A stretch of DNA of 39,311 bases from a virus (IMGVR_UViG_3300020042_006720:1-39311); one strand, 5' to 3'. Counted from the stretch's first letter, positions 26,869 to 35,141 are shown. Numbers and translations are program-made. The notes: generated from the sequence alone by a model not told the origin.

Positions 26869-28233
26869 TTATTTAGATTTCTTAGAGTGTTTAGCTTTCA
26901 AACGTTCAGCATTTTGTTTTCGTAAATCTTCTAGGCTAAGAGACTCCTCACCTTCGACCACAACAGCACCTTCTGAACCAGTTTCAGTTTGGAGATTGGT
27001 CTCATTCTCCACTTCACGAGAGGCAAGAATACCAACAGTGAGATCAAATGAAGCATCATCCAAGGCTGCAAAACTTACTGCTAACTGTGCGGCTTTTTCT
27101 GTGCCGTAGACATCAGTTAATTTAGCAAGGCGCGTAGCTTGTTTAGCATCTTCTTTTTCTTTAGCTACGGCAGACAACGCTGCTTTGGCTGATTCTAACT
27201 CAGCCTTCATAGATGCTAAGGAAGCACTGAAAGATGCCTTCTCCACTTCTAATTTAGCTGTAAAGTCTGCGGTAGCGGCTTCGAGGGCTGCTTGCAGTTC
27301 TACGTTTTGATTGGGCATTTCTGCTTCCTTCGATAGTTGTGTTGCTTTTGGTTTTTTACTGAATAAACTTGTTACTGGATTTTGCATGTTTTCGCCTGTT
27401 GTTAATTCTTCTAAGTAGGACTTGAACTCTTCTAATGTCATTTGTTTGTCAACAAGGCCGTTAGTCAAAGCTTTCTTAGCTGTGTAAGAGTTTGCACCTA
27501 ATGCGATTACTGCTGGTTGCTCGATACCTCTCCACATTGCAACGTGACTTGTGAACTGGTCATACAACTCAAGCACATCTTCTTGCTGTTCTGCTAGGAA
27601 CTCTTGAGTGAAGTTTCCTTCTGCATCAAATGGGACTTTATTATCACCAGCGGTTACATAAATATCTTGGATACCCATGTTCTTCATGGCACCATTGATG
27701 TTGCGTAATCGCTTCATTACGCCAATACTTCCAACCTCAGAGGAGGGGTTTGTAATGACTTCATGAGCTACAGCAGAGTAAACGTATCCTGCACTGAATG
27801 ACTTGTGGGATACATAGGAGATTAGGTGGATACCATTCTCATCAGCTAGATTGCGAATGTAATTCGCAGATTCAAAGGCCATGTGTGCTAGGCCACCATT
27901 AGTGTCACTATCCATGACCACTACCTTAGCACCAGCATCTACAAGAGCTTTCATCTCTTCTCGGATGCTTTGATGGCTAACACCATCTTCCCCACACATA
28001 CCATAGTACGGCACATCAGAGATGGCACCATGAATGTCTATAACACCAAGGGCTTTATCTGGGAAGTACTGCAAAGATCGTTTACGTGGACTTTCTGTAT
28101 CTGTGACAGCACCCAACTCATTACCTTCGTTGCGTACTTTAAGTATCTCGAATACTTTATCCAAGTAGTCTTCTGTCACAAGCAAAGGTGTGTTACACAG
28201 CTTACTTGTCAGTTTTAATAATTCATGAGCCAT
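26869..28233 (-). CDS. Prohead protease (S49) with C-terminal scaffold domain (454 aa)
   Basis: IDIHGAI, DSDTNGG, SAGY, VGSIGV, AGDNK, F..HVA..R, GLVD; Ala/Glu/Lys-rich coiled-coil tail. Confidence 0.9.
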   Translation of the reverse strand: MAHELLKLTSKLCNTPLLVTEDYLDKVFEILKVRNEGNELGAVTDTESPRKRSLQYFPDKALGVIDIHGAISDVPYYGMCGEDGVSHQSIREEMKALVDAGAKVVVMDSDTNGGLAHMAFESANYIRNLADENGIHLISYVSHKSFSAGYVYSAVAHEVITNPSSEVGSIGVMKRLRNINGAMKNMGIQDIYVTAGDNKVPFDAEGNFTQEFLAEQQEDVLELYDQFTSHVAMWRGIEQPAVIALGANSYTAKKALTNGLVDKQMTLEEFKSYLEELTTGENMQNPVTSLFSKKPKATQLSKEAEMPNQNVELQAALEAATADFTAKLEVEKASFSASLASMKAELESAKAALSAVAKEKEDAKQATRLAKLTDVYGTEKAAQLAVSFAALDDASFDLTVGILASREVENETNLQTETGSEGAVVVEGEESLSLEDLRKQNAERLKAKHSKKSK

Positions 28234-29762
28234 TATTTATTTTCCGTGTTCGAGCTACTGTTGTCGCCTGAGCTGCCATTAGATTTACCAGTGCCATTAG
28301 ACATTCCTTCTTCCATACCTTTGGAGGATTTAGTCTCATCAGGTGGACTACCAAGAATCTCATCAATCTCCTCTCTGGTAGCATCTTCAGGGATACGATC
28401 AGGAAGACCAAGTTTCTCTGCAATAGCGTTGACGTTACGGGCAGTACGTGCGATAAGCTTCACAGCGCCCACACGTTGAAGTCCTTTGGTGTAATCGTCT
28501 AAGGTTGCTTCACTAATGTCACCAAACTCAAAGGTAGGAAGAACAGCCATGTCCCAACCATTTAACTTCCAAAGATATGGAATAAGTGTGTGGTTGAAAA
28601 CATCTCTCATCTCTTCTAGTTTGGCTTCAATAATCATATCCACCATCTCTTGTAGAGAAGTAGATAGTGCAAAGCTACCACCACCACCTTGACCAGCAGT
28701 CAATACTGTGGCATATAAGGCTGTAAGGATTTCCATCTTGTAAGATTCAATAACAGCAGCTACATCATAAGACTTACTACCACTGACATTGACAACATCA
28801 AACTTGAAGAATTGCTCACCTTTGTCATCTAACATTTGAGGAAGGATCAGTCCACTCTCAGCACCAATATGCATGTTACGCATGATCTTTTGATATTGCG
28901 CAAACACTGCTGCATCAGCAGGATCAGCATCTTCTTTCAGGTATTGTGGGGGGATATAAAGAATCTTCAGGCCGTTAATATCTGAACTTATGCCGTATGC
29001 GAGCGTCTGTTCATATTCTTTCTTGAACCGCCAGCTCTGATATATAGAGCATAATGGACTCTGGCCAAGTGGTGAATCTTTTAAGGCACTATTTCTGAAG
29101 GCTAAGATATTCTCTCGCTTCAGTAATACTTCGCTATACAACTTACCAGTCTTCGGATCTTTGTACGGTCTGTAAAGTGCATTCTGGCCTTTATTCGTGA
29201 TATGATTTACACGTTGCCAGTAGCCAACAAAGTCTCTACCATCGTTAGCATATTCAACACCAGAGATTGTATCTTGAGAACGGAAGGCTAGCTTCTTAAT
29301 ACCACGAAGACCATCATTATGTTTACTGCCATTCTTATACAAACGTGTATAAGGTACAATCTCCATGATAGAGAAGCCGTAGGTAGTGAATGAGGACATT
29401 TGCTTGATACAGGATAACCATGAGGTTTCCATATCAGCTTGTACAGTCTTGAGATAATTCACTTTAGATTCGAGTTCAGACTCAAACCCTTTAGGAGCTT
29501 TAGGCTCCCATGAGACAGATGCCATTCTGGTTTGGACATACTCTACAGCAGAAGCTACGGTAGAGTCTTTTAGCATCTTCTTGAATGTGTAGATATTCTG
29601 GGGATAACGTAGAGCTAAATCAGGCTCCTCCAACACTTGCCCAGCAGTTACGCTAAGCCCATTGTGGCCAACTTCTCTCACCTTCATGGGTGGTAAGTCA
29701 GTTCCTATTGTTGGAAGAACTTCTTTTGGAGATGGATTAGCATCTTTTGATGGATCTGCCAT
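28233..29762 (-). CDS. Portal protein, DUF935-like (509 aa)
   Basis: Follows TerL; YGFS..E, P.G.SPL...Y..W..K, GSFALS motifs. Confidence 0.85.
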   Translation of the reverse strand: MADPSKDANPSPKEVLPTIGTDLPPMKVREVGHNGLSVTAGQVLEEPDLALRYPQNIYTFKKMLKDSTVASAVEYVQTRMASVSWEPKAPKGFESELESKVNYLKTVQADMETSWLSCIKQMSSFTTYGFSIMEIVPYTRLYKNGSKHNDGLRGIKKLAFRSQDTISGVEYANDGRDFVGYWQRVNHITNKGQNALYRPYKDPKTGKLYSEVLLKRENILAFRNSALKDSPLGQSPLCSIYQSWRFKKEYEQTLAYGISSDINGLKILYIPPQYLKEDADPADAAVFAQYQKIMRNMHIGAESGLILPQMLDDKGEQFFKFDVVNVSGSKSYDVAAVIESYKMEILTALYATVLTAGQGGGGSFALSTSLQEMVDMIIEAKLEEMRDVFNHTLIPYLWKLNGWDMAVLPTFEFGDISEATLDDYTKGLQRVGAVKLIARTARNVNAIAEKLGLPDRIPEDATREEIDEILGSPPDETKSSKGMEEGMSNGTGKSNGSSGDNSSSNTENK

Positions 29763-29782
29763 CTTACGAAGGCTCCTGTAAG

Positions 29783-31270
29783 TTAACGGCCAATCTGGAG
29801 CAGGCCGCTTTTAGTAGATAAATCTGTATTTTTGATGCCGTGGAGGAAGGAGTTACCTAATTGGATTTTTGAGGCAATGTAGGAGTAAGCAAGGGAGCAC
29901 GAATCAACCATATCATCATGCCCAGACTCACCACTTCGTCTTTGCCCATTGAATGCCTCTAACTCTTTGTAAAAGAAGTCATTATTACATTCAATCTTAT
30001 TCCACAGATCGTGACAGCAACCTTTTACAATAGATATACAACCCAACTCAGCGCTAGCGGCAAAAGGTTGGAATGCTTCAAGTTTACCCATAGAGGATCT
30101 CCTCAACTTGGTTGGGAACCCCATTTGGCAAAACTTATGAGCCATTTGTGTAGCGTTGGCTTTTGCTTGAGCATTGGGGTCTTGGGGTAAGACTATCTCA
30201 CACTTACTTCCGTCCTGAACGGCATTCTGTAAGATGTGTGCCTCCCATTGACCAAAGGTAATTCTTGTCCTTTTAACATCCAAGATAACATATTCACCGT
30301 TTCTAAGCTTGGCCATCTTGACAGACGCAAAGTAGTCAGGGCTTCTATTGTTATCATTTGGGAGAGTTGAAGCCATATCATACGCACGTACAAGTTTCAC
30401 TATGTCTGAAGGAGATGGTGCATAAGGCAACTCAGGCATTGTCGCACGACTAAAGTAGGTTGAGTTTTCTTGCCTTGCAAACCAATTCCCGTAAAGAAGT
30501 CGCTCTTTCTCAATTCTGGGAAGTGCTTCTAAATTACTTTTGTACAATGGGTTGGATTTTTGCAATGGGGGGTTATCGAGGATTGTCCCGAAGATGCCTT
30601 GGAAACTGATTGGTATTTTATCGTAACCATACCTATCCTGAAGCTCTTCGTAAGTATCTCCCCACACAACCTCGCCGTCAATCCTCAGTAAGTACCTTAT
30701 AACTCCATTCTTCGCTGGGTCAGGTCTACCTGCCAAGGGATGCCCCTCTGGATACAGATACCACATAGCGTACTTAAGAACCCAACTATCAACATCTGGG
30801 TTGCAGGAAAGCCAAAGGCTATGCACATTTTTTGCAGTGGATCGTAGACGTGACCACAACCACCAAATGTGCTCTTCCTCAGCGTGAGTACACTCATCAT
30901 AAAATCCGTTTGAAATTTGTATACCTTGGTAGTTTTGTCCGGCATTAGTGTTCTCATAGTGCGAGAAAGACACTTCTGCTCCTGAACTGAATACAACTTT
31001 CTGGTCTTTTAATTTAACTTTTATATTTGGGTCGTACCTGCGATACAAGGCCACAGCTTCCCAAAATAAACCACCTGATTTCATTATCGCAGCGGAATTT
31101 TTTCTTATGCAGTACCCACGGTAGTTAGGATCTTCAGCAAAACGTAAGTGCCTCATTAGACCTATATACGACTTAGAAGAACCAGCAGCCCCCCCAACTA
31201 ATATAATCTGTGCATCACTGGTTAAGTATTTTTCTTGAAAAGGACTTGCTGGTGCAATCACTTCTGACAT
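29783..31270 (-). CDS. terL: Terminase large subunit (495 aa)
   Basis: Walker A-like GGAAGSSKS, Walker B FYDE, coupling motif SCNP, RLLYGNW, nuclease RAYDMAS and HDDMVD. Confidence 0.95.
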   Translation of the reverse strand: MSEVIAPASPFQEKYLTSDAQIILVGGAAGSSKSYIGLMRHLRFAEDPNYRGYCIRKNSAAIMKSGGLFWEAVALYRRYDPNIKVKLKDQKVVFSSGAEVSFSHYENTNAGQNYQGIQISNGFYDECTHAEEEHIWWLWSRLRSTAKNVHSLWLSCNPDVDSWVLKYAMWYLYPEGHPLAGRPDPAKNGVIRYLLRIDGEVVWGDTYEELQDRYGYDKIPISFQGIFGTILDNPPLQKSNPLYKSNLEALPRIEKERLLYGNWFARQENSTYFSRATMPELPYAPSPSDIVKLVRAYDMASTLPNDNNRSPDYFASVKMAKLRNGEYVILDVKRTRITFGQWEAHILQNAVQDGSKCEIVLPQDPNAQAKANATQMAHKFCQMGFPTKLRRSSMGKLEAFQPFAASAELGCISIVKGCCHDLWNKIECNNDFFYKELEAFNGQRRSGESGHDDMVDSCSLAYSYIASKIQLGNSFLHGIKNTDLSTKSGLLQIGR

Positions 31271-31374
31271 CTAAATCTCTCTTTCTAATTAATACCAATC
31301 TTCCCACTCTACCTTGGATATTGGTTCTCCCTTACAAGAACAAGGGCTTCTCCTCTAACAACATTAGTGTTGTA

Positions 31375-31821
31375 TTATTCGTCTTCTGAGTCCACTGCTG
31401 TGACACAGGTTAATGACAGCTTTGGTTTACCATTGTTCTCTTCAGCTTTCTTTTTCAAAGCTTCTGGAGCATGTTCACCATATCCAGCTATCTTAGCTTC
31501 ATGTTCAGCCTTCTGTGCAGCTAACTTAGCTATCTTCAAGGCTACATCATGTTTGTCGTAATCACGTACAGCATTAACAATCTTCCAAGCATTATCTAGC
31601 TCTGTCTTAGATGGGTGCTTGTAACCTTCTGGAAGGGGATCTGGGATACCCTTGTTAGTTCTGGAGATGATTTCCAAAGCAGCTTTCTGTTCACGCTTAA
31701 GGAACCCTTTAGCTGTGATCTGTTTGCCAGCATTACCTTGCTCTTTACGTCTTTCTAGTTCAGCAGCAATACCAATTAGTTGCTTTTCATGCTGCTCAGC
31801 AGTAATTTTTTTAGAGGGCAC
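31375..31821 (-). CDS. Probable terminase small subunit (148 aa)
   Basis: Helical, charged ORF directly upstream of TerL, ending KPKLSL; GTG start after AAGG. Confidence 0.55.
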   Translation of the reverse strand: MPSKKITAEQHEKQLIGIAAELERRKEQGNAGKQITAKGFLKREQKAALEIISRTNKGIPDPLPEGYKHPSKTELDNAWKIVNAVRDYDKHDVALKIAKLAAQKAEHEAKIAGYGEHAPEALKKKAEENNGKPKLSLTCVTAVDSEDE

Positions 31822-31840
31822 TTACACTTACCTTTATTAT

Positions 31841-31910
31841 TGATAATGAGTAGTATAATATCCATTATCAGTCTTTATGGGGATTAATGAGTACAATAGT
31901 ATCCATTAAT
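31841..31910. promoter_or_regulatory. Two tandem dyad elements TAATGAGTA-N6-TATCCATTA
   Basis: Copies at 31844-31867 and 31885-31908, just upstream of the terS start. Confidence 0.55.
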
Positions 31911-32134
31911 AGAAAAGCCTACCATGACAATCAGCGTCTGTTATGTCTTAATGCGAGAGGGCAGGCTTTGGGGAAGAAGTGCTAATTCACTAACGTAGTA
32001 ATAGCAACAGGACGTATCAAACATGATAATGGTGCACCGCCAAGGTACATGCTTTTGCAGCATTTGGTGGGTTTACATAATGACTCATACATAGTACACA
32101 GTGTACCAATATGTAGTTTATATGAACCATTGTT

Positions 32135-32208
32135 TGGTAGCAGGCGCAAGAGTCGAACTTGCAATCTGGGCTTATGAGACCAAGCGGATACCGTTTCCAC
32201 AGCCTGCT
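32135..32208 (-). tRNA. tRNA-Met (CAT)
   Basis: AGCAGGC/GCCTGCT acceptor, loop CTCATAA, T-arm GCAAG-TTCGACT-CTTGC, encoded ACCA; Met/fMet/Ile2 identity not resolved. Confidence 0.9.
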
Positions 32209-32220
32209 ATTATTTAGGTT

Positions 32221-32340
32221 GCTCCCTACAAAGCAAGGTTGCACTCTTTGCAGATCGTGTGCAATGTAGGAAGGCTCTAGGAGAACGTCTTCTCCCTTTT
32301 GTACTCACCTTTCGGTGTTTAGCAACACTGGAGTAAACCA
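32221..32340 (-). ncRNA. Candidate structured RNA between tRNA genes
   Basis: Stems CCTACA/TGTAGG enclosing TTGCAC/GTGCAA; GGAGAA/TTCTCC; TACTC/GAGTA enclosing ACC-GAAA-GGT. Confidence 0.35.
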
Positions 32341-32394
32341 CTATTGCCGCCCCATACTAAGCAACAACTTAATGTTGTCAGCTAAGGGAGAGTA

Positions 32395-32458
32395 GTATCT
32401 GCGGGAATCGAACCCAGTCTCTACGCCTTTCGGTCATGTCGTTGCATCCAGCATATAC
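32395..32458 (-). ncRNA. tRNA-like element lacking an anticodon arm (tmRNA TLD-like or degenerate tRNA)
   Basis: GTATATG/CAGATAC acceptor-like stem, TGGG-TTCGATT-CCCG T-arm, GAAA-capped hairpin; no CCA. Confidence 0.5.
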
Positions 32459-32482
32459 ATGATTATCGTAGATTACAGAAAT

Positions 32483-32558
32483 TGGCACTCTTACGGGAAC
32501 TCGAATCCCGATTCTCCGATAGAAAGTCGGATGTCCTAACCAATTAGACGATAAGAGC
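32483..32558 (-). tRNA. tRNA-Glu (TTC)
   Basis: GCTCTTA/TAAGAGT acceptor, TCCGA-CTTTCTA-TCGGA anticodon arm, CGGGA-TTCGAGT-TCCCG T-arm, GCCA end. Confidence 0.92.
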
Positions 32559-32668
32559 TTTAATTCGAGCACTGTTTCGACACACGTTACAGTGAGAACG
32601 CAGGAGGGGGCTATGATACCCTGTGTCTTTAAGTGTGTTATATTATTACATTTCTGTGTTATGTATGT

Positions 32669-32697
32669 ATTGTAACACTATTCGAATATAATTGCAA
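32669..32697 (-). promoter_or_regulatory. sigma70-like promoter for the tRNA-Glu/Met cluster
   Basis: TTGCAA-17 nt-TACAAT with extended TGn. Confidence 0.7.
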
Positions 32698-32700
32698 GCC

Positions 32701-32922
32701 TTATTCGCTATAGGTAATCAATTCGTTACTAAAATACTCTGTTTCATACTCAAAAGCATGGGAGTGAGCATCTAACCGAGCCAACCCACCACTGGAAGTA
32801 TACATACTAAGACAAGGATTGCACATATTATCTAGTATCTCTTTCTTTGTACCATCCTCTAACTCCACTGTACGAAACAGCTCATGGGGTTCTAATGGAT
32901 TATTACAACTATCACAACGCAT
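32701..32922 (-). CDS. Small putative zinc-binding protein (73 aa)
   Basis: CDSC and CNPC pairs; purine-rich RBS. Confidence 0.65.
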   Translation of the reverse strand: MRCDSCNNPLEPHELFRTVELEDGTKKEILDNMCNPCLSMYTSSGGLARLDAHSHAFEYETEYFSNELITYSE

Positions 32923-32948
32923 ATCTTATTCTCTTATTTTCTTATTTT

Positions 32949-33024
32949 TGGGGCGGGTGGGAGACTCGAACTCCCATCGGCAACTTGGAAGGCTGTATTC
33001 GTGACCAATATAGAATACACCCGC
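32949..33024 (-). tRNA. tRNA-Gly (TCC)
   Basis: GCGGGTG/CACCCGC acceptor, loop CTTCCAA, GGGAG-TTCGAGT-CTCCC T-arm region, CCA end. Confidence 0.88.
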
Positions 33025-33047
33025 AGGATTCTTTAAATCAGGTAGCT

Positions 33048-33076
33048 ATTGTCTCATGAGTTGGTCAATAAAGCAA
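33048..33076 (-). promoter_or_regulatory. sigma70-like promoter upstream of tRNA-Gly
   Basis: TTGCTT-17 nt-GACAAT with extended TGn. Confidence 0.55.
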
Positions 33077-33139
33077 TAGTTTTGACAAACTATCGTATAG
33101 AATATTTAGTTATAATAATACGTCATTCTGGTTATATGC

Positions 33140-33292
33140 CTATTTCTGGTAACTGTACTTAACTGGAATGGCTGTTCCTTCGTAGTAATGCTCCTCGTAC
33201 CACACCGAGAAACATGCAAGACTTCCCAATGTGATAATTGCACACCAAAACACTGTCCAAGGACTACATTCTTTCTGATCTTTATTGCACAT
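33140..33292 (-). CDS. Small membrane protein (50 aa), below the ORF-track size cutoff
   Basis: GAGGAG RBS 7 nt before ATG; MCNKDQKECSPWTVFWCAIITLGSLACFSVWYEEHYYEGTAIPVKYSYQK with one hydrophobic segment. Confidence 0.65.
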   Translation of the reverse strand: MCNKDQKECSPWTVFWCAIITLGSLACFSVWYEEHYYEGTAIPVKYSYQK

Positions 33293-33303
33293 ATTACTTC
33301 TCC

Positions 33304-34065
33304 TCAATTAAACTCATAAATGTTATAACTGTCATACCCTGTCTTTTCTCTTGGGTATCCCATTTGATTACTGATAAACCGTGTACCGTACAACTCAAAC
33401 TCATCACTGGAGTGATTGTGGCCGTAGACGTAATATTTTATATCATGTTCAGACACAAACTCACCAAGGTCATTGTTGAAGTAAGTATCCAGTATATTAC
33501 TCTCGATATGTGGATGCTTACACTCAATCAGTGGTGGAAAGTGAGTGACAACCACATTAGTCTTCTTAGAATGCGTTTTAAGGCTCCTAGAGAGCCACTG
33601 GAGCGATTCTGCATGTAAGTTAGACATATCGGTAGGGGTAATGAGTCTTCCCTTGTATCGTATCCTGTGGAAGTCTGAGATACCTCGTTGAGATTCCATC
33701 ATACCAATCTCTTTCCAATCTTCACCACGGCATGTGAAATCTGTCCACAACGTACAACCATGAAACACTAAATCCTTGTACTCAAACGTATCATTGTTCA
33801 GGAAGTGTAGGTTTGGTGCCCACTGCTTCATGTCCAAGTAAGTCTGGTTGATAGTGTCAAAGTCTTTACCGTAGTAATTATGATTACCTGCTACCATAAC
33901 CACTTCTTTATCGTAGTTCTCATTACAGAAGTCTTCTAATCGCCCACCGCCATCCCCGACAATATCATCTCCAGCTAGGATGATGACTTCTACAAGGTTA
34001 GGTACTATTGGGAACTTATTACCAAACTCTGTGTGTATATCACTGTATATTGCAACCCTAGTCAT
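33304..34065 (-). CDS. Calcineurin-like metallophosphoesterase (~253 aa)
   Basis: SDIH, LAGD, GNH, GCTLWTDF, VVVTHFPP, GHNH, NQMGYP motifs. Confidence 0.92.
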   Translation of the reverse strand: MTRVAIYSDIHTEFGNKFPIVPNLVEVIILAGDDIVGDGGGRLEDFCNENYDKEVVMVAGNHNYYGKDFDTINQTYLDMKQWAPNLHFLNNDTFEYKDLVFHGCTLWTDFTCRGEDWKEIGMMESQRGISDFHRIRYKGRLITPTDMSNLHAESLQWLSRSLKTHSKKTNVVVTHFPPLIECKHPHIESNILDTYFNNDLGEFVSEHDIKYYVYGHNHSSDEFELYGTRFISNQMGYPREKTGYDSYNIYEFN

Positions 34066-34067
34066 CT

Positions 34068-34562
34068 CTAATCCCACCAATGTCTGTATTGTTTCATGTA
34101 TTTAAAAAGCATCTCAATATCTGCTTTCTTTCTGTTTTCTTCGTGCTTGTACAACTGCTTACTTGTGCCTTTGGGAAAGATGTACTTAGCTTCTCTTGGT
34201 TCGGTACATACCATTTGAGTGAACCCCTCTTTCTCACAAGGCACCCATTCGTACTTACCATCTGTCTGCACAGTGTAGTCATCTTCTATGAGTCTATCAA
34301 GTAGTTTAATTACTATTCGTAGGTCTTTGGCAACCTTGTGAGCATTAAGGTGATTACCATACACTCTCTGACAATTCTCCATTGTCTGTATTTGTTTACG
34401 CATCAACAGTAATACTCCGTGGTAATCCCAAGGTTGTGCATGTGCTAACTCTTTCCTGAATACCCAGATGTTCTTAAACCATGTTTTAAGTGGGAACATG
34501 TAGTTGTGTTTAAATCTGTAAGGCGAGTATCTAATGTTATTCCATACCTCTGTTAGTTTCAT
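34068..34562 (-). CDS. Hypothetical protein (164 aa)
   Basis: AGGAG RBS; PWDY, LLDRLIEDDY and terminal WWD typical of a conserved phage hypothetical. Confidence 0.75.
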   Translation of the reverse strand: MKLTEVWNNIRYSPYRFKHNYMFPLKTWFKNIWVFRKELAHAQPWDYHGVLLLMRKQIQTMENCQRVYGNHLNAHKVAKDLRIVIKLLDRLIEDDYTVQTDGKYEWVPCEKEGFTQMVCTEPREAKYIFPKGTSKQLYKHEENRKKADIEMLFKYMKQYRHWWD

Positions 34563-34620
34563 TGTATTTCTCCTATTAGTTATTAAATCTTTATTACTAT
34601 ATACTTATTAATATATACAT

Positions 34621-34960
34621 TCAACTTGGAGGAGTAAATTTCAAGTAGATTATCCCTATACTCTTCATACTCAGTTAAGAGCCTTAGAAGAGTATTTAGA
34701 TACTACTTGAAACCAATAACATTCAACCCGTTATCGTACGATTCCGTCACTAAGTGACCACCCCTATCCTGTAGGGGGAAGTAAAGACAAGAACTGTTAA
34801 TCTTGCCTTCGGGGGACATTTCCTCGTTAACGCGAGTCTATGACCTTGTTGTCCCCGTGCATAAGCACATCATCCCAAGTTGAGCCTGTCATCTTGACTC
34901 TTTGAGACTAAGGTAAGCGGTTATCCCAGAACCCTTAATCCGATCTAGTTTTCTAACTAG
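34621..34960 (-). ncRNA. Candidate large structured RNA or 5' leader
   Basis: At least eight nested or adjacent inverted repeats in an ORF-free region downstream of a near-consensus promoter. Confidence 0.5.
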
Positions 34961-35001
34961 CAAATACTGTAAGTGCCATCTCTGTTAAATACATGGGTTA
35001 C

Positions 35002-35030
35002 ATTATCCTCTACTTACCCCGTCTTGTCAA
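35002..35030 (-). promoter_or_regulatory. Strong sigma70-like leftward promoter
   Basis: TTGACA-17 nt-GATAAT with AT-rich upstream region. Confidence 0.8.
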
Positions 35031-35082
35031 CCCCTATTTAACAATTAAATGTAAATAAACTATGATAACTGAAAGAAAAGGG

Positions 35083-35111
35083 TTGCAATATGGGGAATGT
35101 AGTAGTAAAAT
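35083..35111 (+). promoter_or_regulatory. sigma70-like rightward promoter (divergent pair)
   Basis: TTGCAA-17 nt-TAAAAT, 30 nt before the first plus-strand ATG. Confidence 0.75.
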
Positions 35112-35141
35112 GGATACTCATTATTTAACTTGGAGAAACCG

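Noticed and set aside
29783-31270. Intein or intron in TerL, portal or MCP
   Set aside because: ORFs are continuous, of ordinary length and lack intein terminal motifs
1529-31843. Many plus-strand ORFs of 60-205 aa (e.g. 10496-11113) opposite the structural genes
   Set aside because: Antisense shadows of codon-biased genes, with no RBS or recognisable motifs
32519-32527. CTA in the tRNA-Glu loop as a possible amber suppressor anticodon
   Set aside because: The 5-bp stem fixes a 7-nt loop with TTC at 34-36; CTA is off-register, and the MTase stop is TAA rather than TAG
31982-32572. Minus-strand ORFs of 64-75 aa
   Set aside because: They overlap tRNA-Met, tRNA-Glu and the tRNA-like element and lack RBSs
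31270-35140. CRISPR mini-array in the non-coding regions
   Set aside because: No series of identical repeats with unique spacers; only two 24-bp dyads and hairpins
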